A stretch of 32,000 nt of DNA from Alkalilimnicola ehrlichii MLHE-1 (GCF_000014785.1 NC_008340.1:60001-92000), one strand, 5' to 3'; positions 8,618 through 18,814 are shown, numbered from the stretch's first letter. The notes: generated by a model from the letters alone, not told the origin. Numbers and translations: made by a program.

Positions 8618-9532
8618 ATGGCGACGCTGGATGACGACATCCGGCACTTCCTGCACCATCTCCGCTACGAGCGTGGGCTCTCTCCGCATACCCTCCAGGC
8701 CTATCAGCGCGACCTGACCCGGTTCCACCACTGGTGTGCGGAGAATGGACTGGCGGACCGGGACGCGGTCAGCGCCCACGATATCCGCCGCTTCGCCGCC
8801 GCCCGCCACCGTCAGGGGCTGGCCCCCGGCTCGGTGCAACGCACCCTCTCCAGCCTGCGCAGCCTGTTCCGTTACCTGGTCCGCGAGGGCCGCCTTACCG
8901 GCAATCCGGCGGAAGGGGTCGCTGCCCCCCGGCGCCCGCGCCGGCTGCCCGGGGTGTTGAGCCCCGACGAGGCCGCCCGGCTGTTGGAGGGTTCGCCGGA
9001 GGACGATCCGCTGGCCCTGCGCGACCGGGCGCTGTACGAGCTGATCTACTCCTCCGGGTTGCGTCTGGCTGAGGCAGTGGGCCTGGACCTGGGCCGGCTG
9101 GACCTCACCGAGGGCCTGGTGGAGGTGGTGGGCAAGGGCGCCAAGACCCGGCGGGTGCCCGTGGGCGGTAAGGCGCGTGAGGCCCTGCAGGCCTGGCTGG
9201 CGGTGCGTCCGGCGCTGGCCGGGGCGGATGAACCGGCGGTGTTCGTGAGCCAGCGCGGCGGGCGTCTCTCCGCGCGCAGCGTGCAGGCGCGGCTTGCCCG
9301 GCTGGCCACGCTCAGTGGGGTCGGCCGGCCGGTACACCCGCACATGCTGCGCCACTCCTTTGCCAGCCACCTGCTGGAGTCCAGTGGTGACCTGCGCGCC
9401 GTGCAGGAGCTGCTGGGACACGCCGATATCGCCACCACCCAGGTCTATACCCACCTCGATTTCCAGCACCTGGCCAGGGTCTACGACCAGGCCCATCCGC
9501 GGGCGCGCAAAGGGGGCGGCGGTAAGCGCTGA
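8618..9532 (+). CDS. xerC: Tyrosine recombinase XerC
   Basis: The N-terminal core-binding motif is FLHHLRYERGLSPHTLQAYQRDL. Catalytic motifs are SSGLRLAEAV (Arg), HMLRHSFASHLL (H-x-x-R) and LGHADIATTQVYTH (His/Tyr). The dapF-DUF484-xerC synteny supports the call. Confidence 0.93.
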   Translation: MATLDDDIRHFLHHLRYERGLSPHTLQAYQRDLTRFHHWCAENGLADRDAVSAHDIRRFAAARHRQGLAPGSVQRTLSSLRSLFRYLVREGRLTGNPAEGVAAPRRPRRLPGVLSPDEAARLLEGSPEDDPLALRDRALYELIYSSGLRLAEAVGLDLGRLDLTEGLVEVVGKGAKTRRVPVGGKAREALQAWLAVRPALAGADEPAVFVSQRGGRLSARSVQARLARLATLSGVGRPVHPHMLRHSFASHLLESSGDLRAVQELLGHADIATTQVYTHLDFQHLARVYDQAHPRARKGGGGKR

Positions 9533-9557
9533 CCCTGGAGCTGCAGCGGCCCCCGTG

Positions 9558-9586
9558 TTGACGGGAGTAGACGATCGGTCTAAATT
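9558..9586 (+). promoter_or_regulatory. Sigma70-type promoter of the TetR gene (TTGACG-17 nt-TAAATT)
   Basis: The -35 TTGACG is at 9558-9563 and the -10 TAAATT at 9581-9586, with an exact 17-nt spacer. The ATG at 9593 lies 7 nt after the -10 with no Shine-Dalgarno, implying a leaderless or near-leaderless mRNA. Confidence 0.5.
9568..9582. promoter_or_regulatory. Inverted-repeat operator TAGAC-N5-GTCTA (copy 1, inside the promoter spacer and -10)
   Basis: tagacGATCGgtcta. The same motif with flanks (TAGACGAnCnGTCTAAAT) recurs at 10243-10260. Confidence 0.5.
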
Positions 9587-9592
9587 GCCAGC

Positions 9593-10225
9593 ATGACCTC
9601 AGTCACTGACAAGCCGCGCCGCGGCCGGCCCCCCAAGGTGCCGCGCCCCGAGGGTGACACCCGGGCCGCGCTGATCCGGAGCGGTACCGAGGTGCTCACC
9701 GAGCAGGGCTTCTCCGGCGCGGGCATTGACAGCATCCTCAGGCGTGTGGGGGTGCCCAAAGGCTCCTTCTACTATTATTTCGACAGCAAGGAGGCCTTCG
9801 GCCACGCCATCCTGGCGCATTACGGGGCCTATTTCGCGCACAAGCTGGACTGCCACCTGGGTAACACCACGCTGGCGCCGCTACGGCGGATTGAGGCCTT
9901 CGTTGCCGACGCCCGGGCGGGCATGGCGCGCCACGGCTATCGCCGTGGCTGCCTGGTGGGCAACTTGGGGCAGGAGGTGGGCCGGCTGCCGGAAAGCTAT
10001 CGCGACCGGCTGCAGAGCATCCTGGCTGACTGGCAGCAGCGACTGGCCCGCTGTCTGGAAGAGGCCCGGGCGTCAGGCGAGCTGGCTCCGGCCGCCGACT
10101 GCCAGCGGCTGGCCGAGGCCTTCTGGATCGGCTGGGAGGGTGCGGTGATGCGGGCCAGACTGGAGGCCGATGCGCGGCCGCTGGATGTCTTTATCACCAC
10201 CTATATGGAGGGCCTGCCCCGCTGA
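9593..10225 (+). CDS. TetR-family transcriptional regulator (AcuR-like by context)
   Basis: The TetR_N helix-turn-helix is EQGFSGAGIDSILRRVGVPKGSFYYYFDSKEAF. The protein is 210 aa and sits directly upstream of a YhdH/AcuI-type reductase. Confidence 0.9.
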   Translation: MTSVTDKPRRGRPPKVPRPEGDTRAALIRSGTEVLTEQGFSGAGIDSILRRVGVPKGSFYYYFDSKEAFGHAILAHYGAYFAHKLDCHLGNTTLAPLRRIEAFVADARAGMARHGYRRGCLVGNLGQEVGRLPESYRDRLQSILADWQQRLARCLEEARASGELAPAADCQRLAEAFWIGWEGAVMRARLEADARPLDVFITTYMEGLPR

Positions 10226-10242
10226 GCTTTTTTCTCCATTAC

Positions 10243-10257
10243 TAGACGAGCAGTCTA
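10243..10257. promoter_or_regulatory. Inverted-repeat operator TAGAC-N5-GTCTA (copy 2, between the TetR gene and acuI)
   Basis: tagacGAGCAgtcta followed by AAAT, as in copy 1. It ends 3 nt before the AGAGG RBS of the reductase gene. Confidence 0.5.
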
Positions 10258-10271
10258 AATAGAGGTGAACC

Positions 10272-11252
10272 ATGTTCAAGGCGATTCTGATCGAGAAGGG
10301 TGACGACGGGCAGCGGGTGGGGATCCAGACCCTGGACGAGGCCCAGCTGCCTGAGGGCGATGTCACCGTGAAGGTCGAGTGCAGCACGCTCAACTATAAG
10401 GACGGCCTGGCGATCACGGGCAAGGGGCCCGTGGTCAAGACCTTTCCCATGGTGCCGGGCATCGACTTTGCCGGCACGGTGGAGTCCTCGAGCTCGGATA
10501 ATTACAAGCCGGGGGATGCGGTCCTGCTCAACGGCTGGGGCGTTGGTGAAAAGCACTGGGGCGGGCTGGCCGAAAAGGCCCGGGTGGACAGCCGCTGGCT
10601 GATCCCACTGCCCAAGGCCTTCAACGCCCGGCAGGCCATGGCCATCGGCACCGCCGGCTATACCGCCATGCTCTCGGTGATGGCGTTGGAGCGCGAGGGC
10701 GTCACCCCGGATCAGGGCGAGGTGCTGGTGACCGGGGCCAGTGGCGGTGTGGGCAGCTACGCCATCGCGTTGCTGGCCCGGCTGGGTTACCACGTGGTGG
10801 CCTCCACCGGGCGGGCGCAGGAGGCGGACTACCTCCAAGGCCTGGGCGCCCGGGAGGTGATCGACCGCAAGACCCTGTCAGAGCCCGGCAAGCCGCTGGC
10901 CAAGGAACGCTGGGCGGGCGCCATCGACTCGGTGGGCAGCCACACCCTGGCCAACGTGCTGGCGGCCACCAAGTACGACGGCACCGTCGCCGCCTGCGGC
11001 CTGGCCCAGGGCATGGACCTGCCCGGCACGGTGGCGCCCTTCATCCTGCGCGATGTCACCCTGGCGGGCGTCGACAGTGTGATGAAGCCCACGGAGGCGC
11101 GGATCGAGGCCTGGCGCCGGCTCGGTGAGCTGATGGTGCCCGAGCAGATTGACGCCATCACCGAGACCATCGGCCTGGAAGCGGCCATCGACAAGGCCGG
11201 CGACCTGCTGGCGGGCAAGGTTCGCGGGCGGCTGGTGGTCGAGGTGGGGTAA
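10272..11252 (+). CDS. acuI: YhdH/AcuI-family NADPH-dependent acrylyl-CoA/quinone oxidoreductase (MDR superfamily)
   Basis: MFKAILIEK...[40 protein letters not shown] matches the YhdH/AcuI family. The nucleotide-binding motif is [12 protein letters not shown]. Confidence 0.88.
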   Translation: MFKAILIEKGDDGQRVGIQTLDEAQLPEGDVTVKVECSTLNYKDGLAITGKGPVVKTFPMVPGIDFAGTVESSSSDNYKPGDAVLLNGWGVGEKHWGGLAEKARVDSRWLIPLPKAFNARQAMAIGTAGYTAMLSVMALEREGVTPDQGEVLVTGASGGVGSYAIALLARLGYHVVASTGRAQEADYLQGLGAREVIDRKTLSEPGKPLAKERWAGAIDSVGSHTLANVLAATKYDGTVAACGLAQGMDLPGTVAPFILRDVTLAGVDSVMKPTEARIEAWRRLGELMVPEQIDAITETIGLEAAIDKAGDLLAGKVRGRLVVEVG

Positions 11253-11293
11253 CCGCGCCACCGCCTGCCCAATCCACAACCCGGACCGTTCAG

Positions 11294-11320
11294 GCCCATA
11301 CGGGGTTCGCCCGTATGGGC
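11294..11320 (+). terminator. Perfect 11-bp stem-loop downstream of acuI (terminator-like or REP-like)
   Basis: GCCCATACGGG-gttcg-CCCGTATGGGC lies 42 nt after the acuI stop. No U-tract follows. Confidence 0.35.
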
Positions 11321-11433
11321 AAGGTCCACCCCGCCTTCAGACACCGTGCCACCCTACCGGCCCGGGTGGTACAGCCGCGCGACGCCTCATGTAGAATGAT
11401 CGGCCAACTCTCTCACCGAATCCGGGAGGCGTC

Positions 11434-11985
11434 GTGGAACAGTTCAGAGGCACGACCATACTGGCCGCCAGACGCGACGGTCAGGTGGTGATCGGCGGTG
11501 ACGGCCAGGTCACCCTGGGCCATACCGTCATGAAGGGCAACGCCCGCAAGGTGCGCCGGCTCCACAACGGCCGGGTGTTGGCCGGTTTTGCCGGCGGCAC
11601 GGCGGACGCCTTCACCCTGTTCGAACGCTTTGAGGGCCAGCTGGAGAAATACCGCGGCAACCTCACCCGGGCCGCCGTCGAGATGGCCAAGGACTGGCGC
11701 TCGGACCGTGTCCTGCGCCGCCTGGAGGCGCTGCTGATCGTCGCCGACCGCGAGGCCATGCTGGTCATCTCCGGCAATGGCGATGTCATCGACCCCGAGG
11801 ACGACCTGGTGGCCATCGGCTCCGGCGGCCCCTACGCCCAGGCGGCGGCCACGGCCCTGATGCGCCACAGTCAGCTCTCCGCCCGAGAGCTGGTGGAGCA
11901 GGCCCTGGGTATCGCCGGCGATATCTGCATCTATACCAACCGCAACCTCAGCATCGAGGAACTGGGTCCCGATAGCGAGGACTGA
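11434..11985 (+). CDS. hslV: ATP-dependent protease subunit HslV
   Basis: GTG start with a [52 protein letters not shown]...[11 protein letters not shown] is a typical HslV sequence, of the MEQF-GTTI N-terminal variant. Confidence 0.97.
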   Translation: MEQFRGTTILAARRDGQVVIGGDGQVTLGHTVMKGNARKVRRLHNGRVLAGFAGGTADAFTLFERFEGQLEKYRGNLTRAAVEMAKDWRSDRVLRRLEALLIVADREAMLVISGNGDVIDPEDDLVAIGSGGPYAQAAATALMRHSQLSARELVEQALGIAGDICIYTNRNLSIEELGPDSED

Positions 11986-11999
11986 AGGCAGGTAACCCC

Positions 12000-13322
12000 A
12001 TGTCCGAAATGACGCCCCGTGAAATCGTCCAGGAACTGGACAAGTACATCATCGGCCAGGACGCCGCCAAGCGCTCCGTGGCCATCGCCCTGCGCAACCG
12101 CTGGCGCCGCATGCAGGTGGACGAGGCCCTGCAGCCGGAGATCACGCCGAAGAACATCCTGATGATCGGCCCCACCGGTGTGGGCAAGACGGAGATCGCC
12201 CGTCGCCTGGCGAAACTGGCGCGGGCGCCCTTCATCAAGATCGAGGCGACCAAGTTCACCGAAGTGGGCTACGTCGGACGCGATGTGGAGTCTATCATCC
12301 GCGATCTGGTGGATATCGCCATCAAACTGGTCCGTGAGGAGGCGATGGAGCGGGTGCAGCACCAGGCCGCCGACGCCGCCGAGGACCGGGTGCTGGACAT
12401 CATGCTGCCCCGGGCCCAGAGCTTCGATCAGGAGGACCCCAGCGCCGGCACGCGCCAGAAGCTGCGCAAGAAGCTGCGCGAGGGGGCGCTGGACGACCGC
12501 GAGATCGAGGTGGAGCTGCGCGCCTCGCCCATGGGCGTGGAGATCATGGCGCCGCCCGGCATGGAGGAGATGACCAACCAGCTCCAGCAGATGTTCCAGA
12601 ACTTCGGCGGCGAGAAGACCAAGCGCCGCAAGATGAAGGTCAAGGACGCGCTGGAGGTGCTCAAGGACGAGGAGGCCGCCCGACTGGTCAACGACGAGGA
12701 CCTGAAGGCCGAGGCAGTGGAGCGCGTGGAGCAGAACGCCATCGTCTTCCTGGACGAGATCGACAAGGTCTGCAAGCGCGCCGAGCAGGGCACCGGCGGG
12801 GACGTCTCCCGTGAGGGGGTGCAGCGCGACCTGTTGCCGCTGGTGGAGGGTTCCACGGTCTCCACCAAGCACGGCATGGTGCGCACCGACCACATCCTGT
12901 TCATCGCCTCCGGCGCCTTCCACCTGTCCAAGCCCTCCGACCTGATCCCCGAACTGCAGGGGCGGCTGCCCATCCGGGTGGAGCTGGAGGCGCTGACCAC
13001 CGACGACTTCGTGCGCATCCTCAGCGAGCCCAGCGCGTCGCTGGTCCACCAGTACCAGGCGCTGATCGCCACCGAGGGCTGTGAGCTCGAGTTCACTGAG
13101 GACGGCATCCGCCGGGTGGCGGAGGTGGCCTGGGAGGTCAACAGCCGCACCGAGAACATCGGCGCCCGCCGCCTGCACACGGTGATGGAGCGGCTGCTGG
13201 AGGAGATCTCCTACAGCGCGGCGGACCGTGGTGGGCAGCAGGTGACCGTGGACGCCGATTACGTCGATCAACACCTGGGTGGCCTGGTACAGGATGAGGA
13301 CCTGAGCCGGTATATTCTCTAG
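12000..13322 (+). CDS. hslU: ATP-dependent protease ATPase subunit HslU
   Basis: [34 protein letters not shown] at the N-terminus. Walker A is [15 protein letters not shown] and Walker B is IVFLDEIDK. The C-terminus is DEDLSRYIL. Confidence 0.98.
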   Translation: MSEMTPREIVQELDKYIIGQDAAKRSVAIALRNRWRRMQVDEALQPEITPKNILMIGPTGVGKTEIARRLAKLARAPFIKIEATKFTEVGYVGRDVESIIRDLVDIAIKLVREEAMERVQHQAADAAEDRVLDIMLPRAQSFDQEDPSAGTRQKLRKKLREGALDDREIEVELRASPMGVEIMAPPGMEEMTNQLQQMFQNFGGEKTKRRKMKVKDALEVLKDEEAARLVNDEDLKAEAVERVEQNAIVFLDEIDKVCKRAEQGTGGDVSREGVQRDLLPLVEGSTVSTKHGMVRTDHILFIASGAFHLSKPSDLIPELQGRLPIRVELEALTTDDFVRILSEPSASLVHQYQALIATEGCELEFTEDGIRRVAEVAWEVNSRTENIGARRLHTVMERLLEEISYSAADRGGQQVTVDADYVDQHLGGLVQDEDLSRYIL

Positions 13323-13393
13323 AGATGAGCCGGTTGGCGCGGCCCGCTCCGAGGTGGGCAGCGCCCGGTCCGATTTCCGGTTGGAGCAGAGCT

Positions 13394-13765
13394 ATGAAAG
13401 TCCCCAGCAACATCCGCCTGCACAAGGCCTCGCGCGTCCTGGAGGTGCAGTTCGACGACGAGGTCTTTCACCTGCCCTGCGAGTATCTGCGGGTGCACAG
13501 CCCCTCCGCCGAGGTGCAGGGCCACGGGCCCGGCCAGGCCGTGCTGCAGACCGGCAAGGAGGCGGTGAACATCACCGAGATCGAGCCGGTGGGCAGTTAC
13601 GCGGTGCGGCTGCGCTTCGACGATGGCCATGCCACCGGGCTCTACACCTGGGAGCTGCTCTACGATCTGGGCCGCAACCAGGAGGCCTATTGGCAGCGTT
13701 ACCTGGAGCGCCTCGCCGAGGCGGGCTACACCCGGCACGAGCCGGCCGACAGCGGGAGGCACTAG
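13394..13765 (+). CDS. DUF971 (gamma-butyrobetaine hydroxylase N-terminal-like) protein
   Basis: MKVPSNIRLHKASRVLEVQFDDEVFHLPCEYLRVHSPSAEV...YAVRLRFDDGHATGLYTWELLYDLG. I prefer ATG 13394 because GGAG lies 8-11 nt upstream. The stop is 3 nt before the ubiE ATG. Confidence 0.85.
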   Translation: MKVPSNIRLHKASRVLEVQFDDEVFHLPCEYLRVHSPSAEVQGHGPGQAVLQTGKEAVNITEIEPVGSYAVRLRFDDGHATGLYTWELLYDLGRNQEAYWQRYLERLAEAGYTRHEPADSGRH

Positions 13766-13768
13766 CCC

Positions 13769-14545
13769 ATGAACGACAGGTCCGGAGACACGCGTTCGAA
13801 GCGGGACGGCACCATTGATTTCGGCTATCAGCAGGTGCCGGTGCAGGAGAAGGCCCGGCGGGTCGGCCAGGTCTTCCGCTCGGTGGCCGACCGCTACGAC
13901 CTGATGAACGACTTGATGTCGGCGGGCCTGCACCGGCTCTGGAAGCACCAGGCCATCAACCGGGTGCAACCCCGGCGTGGCCACCGCATCCTCGACCTGG
14001 CCGCCGGTACCGGCGATTTGACACTGGCGCTGTCCAAGCGGGTCGGGCCGGAGGGCCAGGTGGTCATGACCGACATCAACGAGGCCATGCTCGCCCGCGG
14101 TCGCGACCGCATGATTGACGCCGGCCGGGTGGACAATGTCCGCTACGCCCTCTGCAACGCCGAGGCGCTGCCCTTCCCCGACCAGTACTTCGATCGCGTC
14201 ACCATCGCCTTCGGGCTGCGCAACGTCACCCACAAGGACACCGCCCTGCGCGAGATGTACCGGGTGCTCAAGCCGGGCGGCTGGGCGACTGTGCTGGAGT
14301 TCTCGCGAGTCTATATCCCGCCGCTGCGCCCGGTGTACGATCTTTACTCGTTCCGGGTGCTGCCGCTGATGGGGCGGCTGGTCGCCAACGACGCCGAGAG
14401 CTACCGCTATCTGGCCGAATCCATCCGCATGCACCCGCCGCAGGAGCAATTGGCCGCGATGATGGCCGAGGCCGGCTTCGAGGATTGTGACTACCTCAAC
14501 CTGTCGGCCGGTGTGGTCGCCATCCACCGGGGTTTCCGCTACTGA
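13769..14545 (+). CDS. ubiE: Ubiquinone/menaquinone C-methyltransferase UbiE
   Basis: [42 protein letters not shown]. The SAM motif is [11 protein letters not shown]. The C-terminus is [11 protein letters not shown]. Confidence 0.97.
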   Translation: MNDRSGDTRSKRDGTIDFGYQQVPVQEKARRVGQVFRSVADRYDLMNDLMSAGLHRLWKHQAINRVQPRRGHRILDLAAGTGDLTLALSKRVGPEGQVVMTDINEAMLARGRDRMIDAGRVDNVRYALCNAEALPFPDQYFDRVTIAFGLRNVTHKDTALREMYRVLKPGGWATVLEFSRVYIPPLRPVYDLYSFRVLPLMGRLVANDAESYRYLAESIRMHPPQEQLAAMMAEAGFEDCDYLNLSAGVVAIHRGFRY

Positions 14546-14546
14546 C

Positions 14547-15176
14547 ATGACCGCCTGGGATCTCGTCTGCACCACTCTGCAGCGCCTGCTGGACACCGTC
14601 CTGGCGCTGGACCCGGACACCCCACTGCGCCTGCGCCCGCTGGCGGGCCGGCAGGTCTCGGTGGAGCTGGTGGACGGCGGCCGGCTGCTGCTGAGTTTCA
14701 CCGCCACCGGTGTCACCGTCACCCCGCTGCGGGAGGAGGACGACGGCGGCGCCCAGGCCCACATCCGCACCACCCCCGGCGCCCTGCTGGCCCTGGCCCG
14801 GCGCCGCGGCGAGGGCGCGGAGGGGTTCGAGTTCCGCGGCGATGTCCACACCGTGCAGGCGGTGCGCGACTTCTTCTCCGGGCTGGAGGTGGACTGGGAG
14901 GCCCAGTTGGCCCGGGTGGTGGGGGACATCCCCGCCCACGAGGTGGGCCGCCTGCTCCGCGGGCTTGGCCAGTGGGGGGGCGAGGTGCTGGAATCGGCCC
15001 GGCTCAACCTGGGCGAGTACCTCACCGAGGAGGGCCGGCTGCTGCCGCCCCGGGCCGAGGTGCGCGGCTTTGTCGAGGAGGTCAGCGTGCTGCGCCAGGA
15101 CGCCGACCGGCTGGCCGCCCGCATCGCCCGGCTGGAGCGCCGCCACGGCCAAGGGTCCGCGGGGGGCGGGGTATGA
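14547..15176 (+). CDS. ubiJ: Ubiquinone biosynthesis accessory factor UbiJ (SCP2-like)
   Basis: The ATG lies 1 nt after the ubiE stop. It has an SCP2-like N-terminal half ([19 protein letters not shown]...[12 protein letters not shown]) and a C-terminal amphipathic helix. The stop overlaps the ubiB start (ATGA). The position between ubiE and ubiB is conserved. Confidence 0.8.
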   Translation: MTAWDLVCTTLQRLLDTVLALDPDTPLRLRPLAGRQVSVELVDGGRLLLSFTATGVTVTPLREEDDGGAQAHIRTTPGALLALARRRGEGAEGFEFRGDVHTVQAVRDFFSGLEVDWEAQLARVVGDIPAHEVGRLLRGLGQWGGEVLESARLNLGEYLTEEGRLLPPRAEVRGFVEEVSVLRQDADRLAARIARLERRHGQGSAGGGV

Positions 15177-16834
15177 TCCGTCTCGGTCGCCTGCCCCGCC
15201 TCATTTACATCAACTGGGTCCTGCTGCGCCACGGCCTGGACGAGGTCATCCTGGCCACCCACCTGTTCCGGCCGCTGCGCTTTCTCGGCTGGTTCATGCC
15301 CTGGCGCTGGCTGCGCCGCCGGCATATCCCGCGGGGTCAGCGCATTCGTGGCGCCCTGGAGGACCTGGGGCCGATCTTCGTCAAGTTCGGACAGATCCTC
15401 TCCACCCGTCGCGATCTGCTGCCGCCGGATATCTCCGAGGAGCTGGCCCGGCTGCAGGATCGGGTGCCGCCCTTTCCGGGCAGCGAGGCCCGGGCCATCG
15501 TCGAGCGGGCCTATGGGCATAGCCTGGACGAGTACTTCGAGCACTTTGACGAGGTGCCACTGGCCTCTGCCTCCATCGCCCAGGTGCACCTGGGTCGGCT
15601 GCGGGATGGCCGCGATGTGGTGGTGAAGGTGGTGCGCCCGGGCATCCCCCGGGTGATCCGCCGCGACCTGGATCTGATGTACACGGTGGCCGGCCTGGCC
15701 GAGCGCTACTGGAGTGAGGGCAAGCGGCTGCACCCCATGGACGTGGTGCGCGAGTTCGAGAAGAACCTCTACGACGAACTGGACCTGATGCGCGAGGCGG
15801 CCAACGCCTCGCAGCTACGGCGCAACTTCGAGGGCTCCGCCCTGCTCTACGTGCCTGAGGTGGACTGGCCGCTGACCCGGCGCGACGTCATGGTCATGGA
15901 GCGCATCCAGGGCATCCACATCAGCGACGTGGAGACCCTGCGTGCCCGTGGCGTGGACATGCAGGCGCTGGCCGAGCGGGGGGTGGAGATCTTCTTCACC
16001 CAGGTCTTCCGCGACAGCTTCTTCCACGCAGACATGCACCCGGGCAACATCTTCGTCGACCCGGACCGGCCGGACGACCCCCGCTACCTGGCGGTGGATT
16101 TCGGCATCATGGGCACTCTCAACCCCACCGACCACCGCTATCTGGCGGAGAACTTCCTGGCCTTCTTCAACCGCGACTACCGCCGGGTGGCGGAGCTGCA
16201 CGTGGAGTCGGGCTGGGTGCCGCCGGATACCCGGGTGGATGAGTTCGAGGCCGCCATCCGCACCGTCTGCGAGCCGATCTTCGAGCGCCCGCTGCACGAG
16301 ATCTCCTTCGGCGCACTGCTGCTGCGGCTGTTCCAGACCGGCCGGCGCTTCAACATGGAGGTGCAGCCGCAACTGGTGCTGTTGCAGAAGACCCTGCTCA
16401 ACATCGAGGGGCTGGGCCGCGACCTCTACCCGGAGCTGGACCTGTGGAAGACCGCCAAGCCCCATCTGCAGCGCTGGATGGACGAACAGGTGGGGCCGCG
16501 CTCCGTCCTCGCCAAGTTCCGCCGCCAGTTGCCGCGCCTGGGTGAGGAGCTGCCGGACCTGCCCATGCGGGTGATCAAGACCCTCAACGAGGTGGAGGCC
16601 CTGCGCTCCGAGGTGGAGGCCCAGAACCGGCAGCTCTCGCAGCTGCGCCGGGAGATCCGGCTGGGCAGTGCGCGCAGCTTCGCCACCATCAGCGGCGCAG
16701 CGCTGATCATCAGTGCCTTCGTGCTGCTGGGGCTGGACGGCTATGCCCCGGCCATGCTCGGCGACGCCCCCTTCATGACCTGGGTGCTGGGCGGTGCCGG
16801 CGGTCTGCTGCTGCTGGCCGCCTGGCCCCGTTAA
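15173..16834 (+). CDS. ubiB: Ubiquinone biosynthesis protein kinase-like UbiB (ABC1 family)
   Basis: [51 protein letters not shown] and [11 protein letters not shown] are present. A C-terminal TM pair follows. I prefer ATG 15173; the tracked upstream extension lies inside ubiJ. Confidence 0.95.
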   Translation: MIRLGRLPRLIYINWVLLRHGLDEVILATHLFRPLRFLGWFMPWRWLRRRHIPRGQRIRGALEDLGPIFVKFGQILSTRRDLLPPDISEELARLQDRVPPFPGSEARAIVERAYGHSLDEYFEHFDEVPLASASIAQVHLGRLRDGRDVVVKVVRPGIPRVIRRDLDLMYTVAGLAERYWSEGKRLHPMDVVREFEKNLYDELDLMREAANASQLRRNFEGSALLYVPEVDWPLTRRDVMVMERIQGIHISDVETLRARGVDMQALAERGVEIFFTQVFRDSFFHADMHPGNIFVDPDRPDDPRYLAVDFGIMGTLNPTDHRYLAENFLAFFNRDYRRVAELHVESGWVPPDTRVDEFEAAIRTVCEPIFERPLHEISFGALLLRLFQTGRRFNMEVQPQLVLLQKTLLNIEGLGRDLYPELDLWKTAKPHLQRWMDEQVGPRSVLAKFRRQLPRLGEELPDLPMRVIKTLNEVEALRSEVEAQNRQLSQLRREIRLGSARSFATISGAALIISAFVLLGLDGYAPAMLGDAPFMTWVLGGAGGLLLLAAWPR

Positions 16835-16865
16835 CTGGCCCGGTTAAACCGCCACCGGGCGCCGG

Positions 16866-18752
16866 TCAGGTGTCCAGGTAGGTGTAGCCCCTCAGCCCCG
16901 CCTCCAGGTCCGCCAGACACTGCGCCCGCGCCGTCGCGTCCAGGCCGGCCGCGGCCACGACCCGCTCGCGGTAGATCCCCCGCAGCACCTCAGCATCGAA
17001 GTCCACGTAGCGCAGCACGTCGGTGATGGTGTCGCCGTGGGCGGCACCGCTCAGCGCGTAGCCTTCCCCGGTCAGGCGCACGTTGACCGAGTGGGTGTCG
17101 CCAAACAGGTTGTGCATATCGCCCAGGATCTCCTGGTAGGCCCCGACCAGGAAGATCCCCAGCAGGTAGGGCTCGCCCGGCCGCCAGGGCGGCAGTGGCA
17201 GGGTGCTCTCCACCCCGTCGCGGTCCACATAGCCGCGGATACAGCCGTCGGAATCGCAGGTCAGGTCCTGGAGCACGGCCCGGCTGGCCGGCGGCTCGTC
17301 CAGGCGCTGCAGCGGCAGCACCGGGAAGATCTGGTCGATGGCCCAGACGTCGGGCATGGACTGGAACAGCGAGAAGTTGCAGAAGAGCTTGTCCGCCAGC
17401 TTCTCGTTCAGCTCGTCCAGGAGCTCGCGGTGCGGCCGCCGGCGGGGGTCGAGCCGCTGCAGCAGGGCGTGGCAGACGGCCTGCCAGATCCGCTCGGCGC
17501 GGGCCCGGTCGGTCAGGTTCAGCACCCCGTGGGCGTACAGCTCCTGCGCCTCGGCCAGGCCGTGGGCGGCGTCGTGATAGGCCTCCAGCGGATGGCGCCG
17601 GTCCAGCCCGGTCCAGACGGTCCAGAGCTCGTGCAGCACCCGCGGGGCGGCGTCGGCCGGGGCGAGTAGATCGGCGCCACCCGGCACCCGGTCGCCGTCG
17701 ATTACATCGGTGATCAGCACCGCGTGGTGGGCGGTCATGGCGCGGCCGGACTCGGTGATGATGTCCGGGTGCGGCAGGCCCTCGTCCTCGCACACCTGCC
17801 ACAGGGCATGCACCACGTTGTGGGCGTATTCGGCCACGGTGTAGTTCATGGAGCAGAAGCTGCGCGAGCGGCTGCCCTCGTAGTCCACCCCCAACCCGCC
17901 GCCCACGTCCACGGTCTCCACCGGGGCGCCCAGGGCGCGCAGCTCGGCGTAGTAGCGGGCGGCCTCGCGCATGCCGCGGCGGATATCGCGGATGTTGGGG
18001 ATCTGCGAGCCCAGGTGGAAGTGCAGCAGCCGCAGCCAGTCAAGACAGCCGGCGGCCCGCAGCCGGTCCACCACCGCCAGCGCCTGGGCGGCGGTGAGGC
18101 CGAATTTCGACTTCTCGCCGCCGGTGTTCTGCCACTTGCCGGCACCGATGGTGGCCAGCCGCACCCGCATCCCCAGGCTGGGGGTGACGCCCAGGGCGGC
18201 GGCCTCCTCCAGCACCAGCTCCAGCTCCGAGGCCTTCTCAATCACCAGGTGGACCTGCAGGCCCAACTGCCGGCCGCGCAGCGCCAGGCGCACGTACTCG
18301 CGGTCCTTGTAGCCGTTGCAGACCACCGTGCCCCCGGGCGGGGTGAGCGCGAGCACCGCCATCAGCTCCGGCTTGCTGCCCGCTTCCAGACCCACCCGGC
18401 CGTTGCCGTGGCGGATGATCTCCTCCACCACCCGGCGCTGCTGGTTGACCTTGATCGGATAGACGGCGCGGTAGCCGCCCCGGTAGCCGTCCTCGACCAT
18501 GGCCTGCCGAAAGGCCTGGCAGAGGCTGTCCACCCGGTCGTGGAGGATATCGAGGAAGCGCACCAGTACCGGCAGTCCCAGACCCTGGTGGCGGGCCTCG
18601 GCGGCGATCCCGGCCAGGTCCAGCGGCGCGCGGGCGGGGTCGCGGTCGGGCCGAGCCACCACCCGGCCCTCGTCGCTGATGTCGAAATAGCCGCCGCTCC
18701 AGTGCTGCACGCTCCAGACCTGGCGGGCCAGCCCGATGCTCCAATCGCTCAT
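16866..18752 (-). CDS. speA: Biosynthetic arginine decarboxylase
   Basis: MSDWSIGLARQVWSVQHWSGGYFDISDEGRV at the N-terminus. The PLP-Lys context is YPIKVNQQRRVVEEI, and GGGLGVDYEG is present. I prefer ATG 18752 (AGGAAC RBS) over the tracked 18824. Confidence 0.95.
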   Translation of the reverse strand: MSDWSIGLARQVWSVQHWSGGYFDISDEGRVVARPDRDPARAPLDLAGIAAEARHQGLGLPVLVRFLDILHDRVDSLCQAFRQAMVEDGYRGGYRAVYPIKVNQQRRVVEEIIRHGNGRVGLEAGSKPELMAVLALTPPGGTVVCNGYKDREYVRLALRGRQLGLQVHLVIEKASELELVLEEAAALGVTPSLGMRVRLATIGAGKWQNTGGEKSKFGLTAAQALAVVDRLRAAGCLDWLRLLHFHLGSQIPNIRDIRRGMREAARYYAELRALGAPVETVDVGGGLGVDYEGSRSRSFCSMNYTVAEYAHNVVHALWQVCEDEGLPHPDIITESGRAMTAHHAVLITDVIDGDRVPGGADLLAPADAAPRVLHELWTVWTGLDRRHPLEAYHDAAHGLAEAQELYAHGVLNLTDRARAERIWQAVCHALLQRLDPRRRPHRELLDELNEKLADKLFCNFSLFQSMPDVWAIDQIFPVLPLQRLDEPPASRAVLQDLTCDSDGCIRGYVDRDGVESTLPLPPWRPGEPYLLGIFLVGAYQEILGDMHNLFGDTHSVNVRLTGEGYALSGAAHGDTITDVLRYVDFDAEVLRGIYRERVVAAAGLDATARAQCLADLEAGLRGYTYLDT

Positions 18753-18814
18753 AGTGCCTGTTCCTGCCAAACCGTTGGGGCACCCGGCCTCGTGGGCCTC
18801 GGCGCGGGCGCCAT

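Noticed and set aside
6815-9496. 893-aa minus-strand ORF opposite dapF, DUF484 and xerC
   Set aside because: This is the same antisense stop-codon-poor artefact. It crosses three well-supported plus-strand genes and their intergenic gaps.
8618-9532. Tyrosine recombinase as a possible integrase marking a mobile island next to the T6SS
   Set aside because: The sequence and the dapF-DUF484-xerC order are the conserved chromosomal XerC context. No att-like repeats, tRNA or phage genes are nearby.
11341-11433. hslVU heat-shock (sigma32) promoter
   Set aside because: I saw only a TAGAAT hexamer (11392-11397) without a convincing -35. A CTTCAG/CCACCCTA pair has the wrong spacing. The evidence is too weak to call.
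11434-11451. Six extra residues (MEQFRG) before the catalytic Thr of HslV as an anomaly or mis-start
   Set aside because: There is no alternative in-frame start directly before the Thr-Thr codons. The MEQF-GTTI N-terminus is a known HslV variant in other proteobacteria and is presumably processed.
13319-15733. 804-aa ORF on the minus strand spanning DUF971, ubiE, ubiJ and ubiB
   Set aside because: This is a shadow ORF typical of high-GC DNA. Its translation is low-complexity Arg/Ser/Pro/Gly-rich with no recognisable motifs. The plus strand encodes four proteins with clear family signatures.
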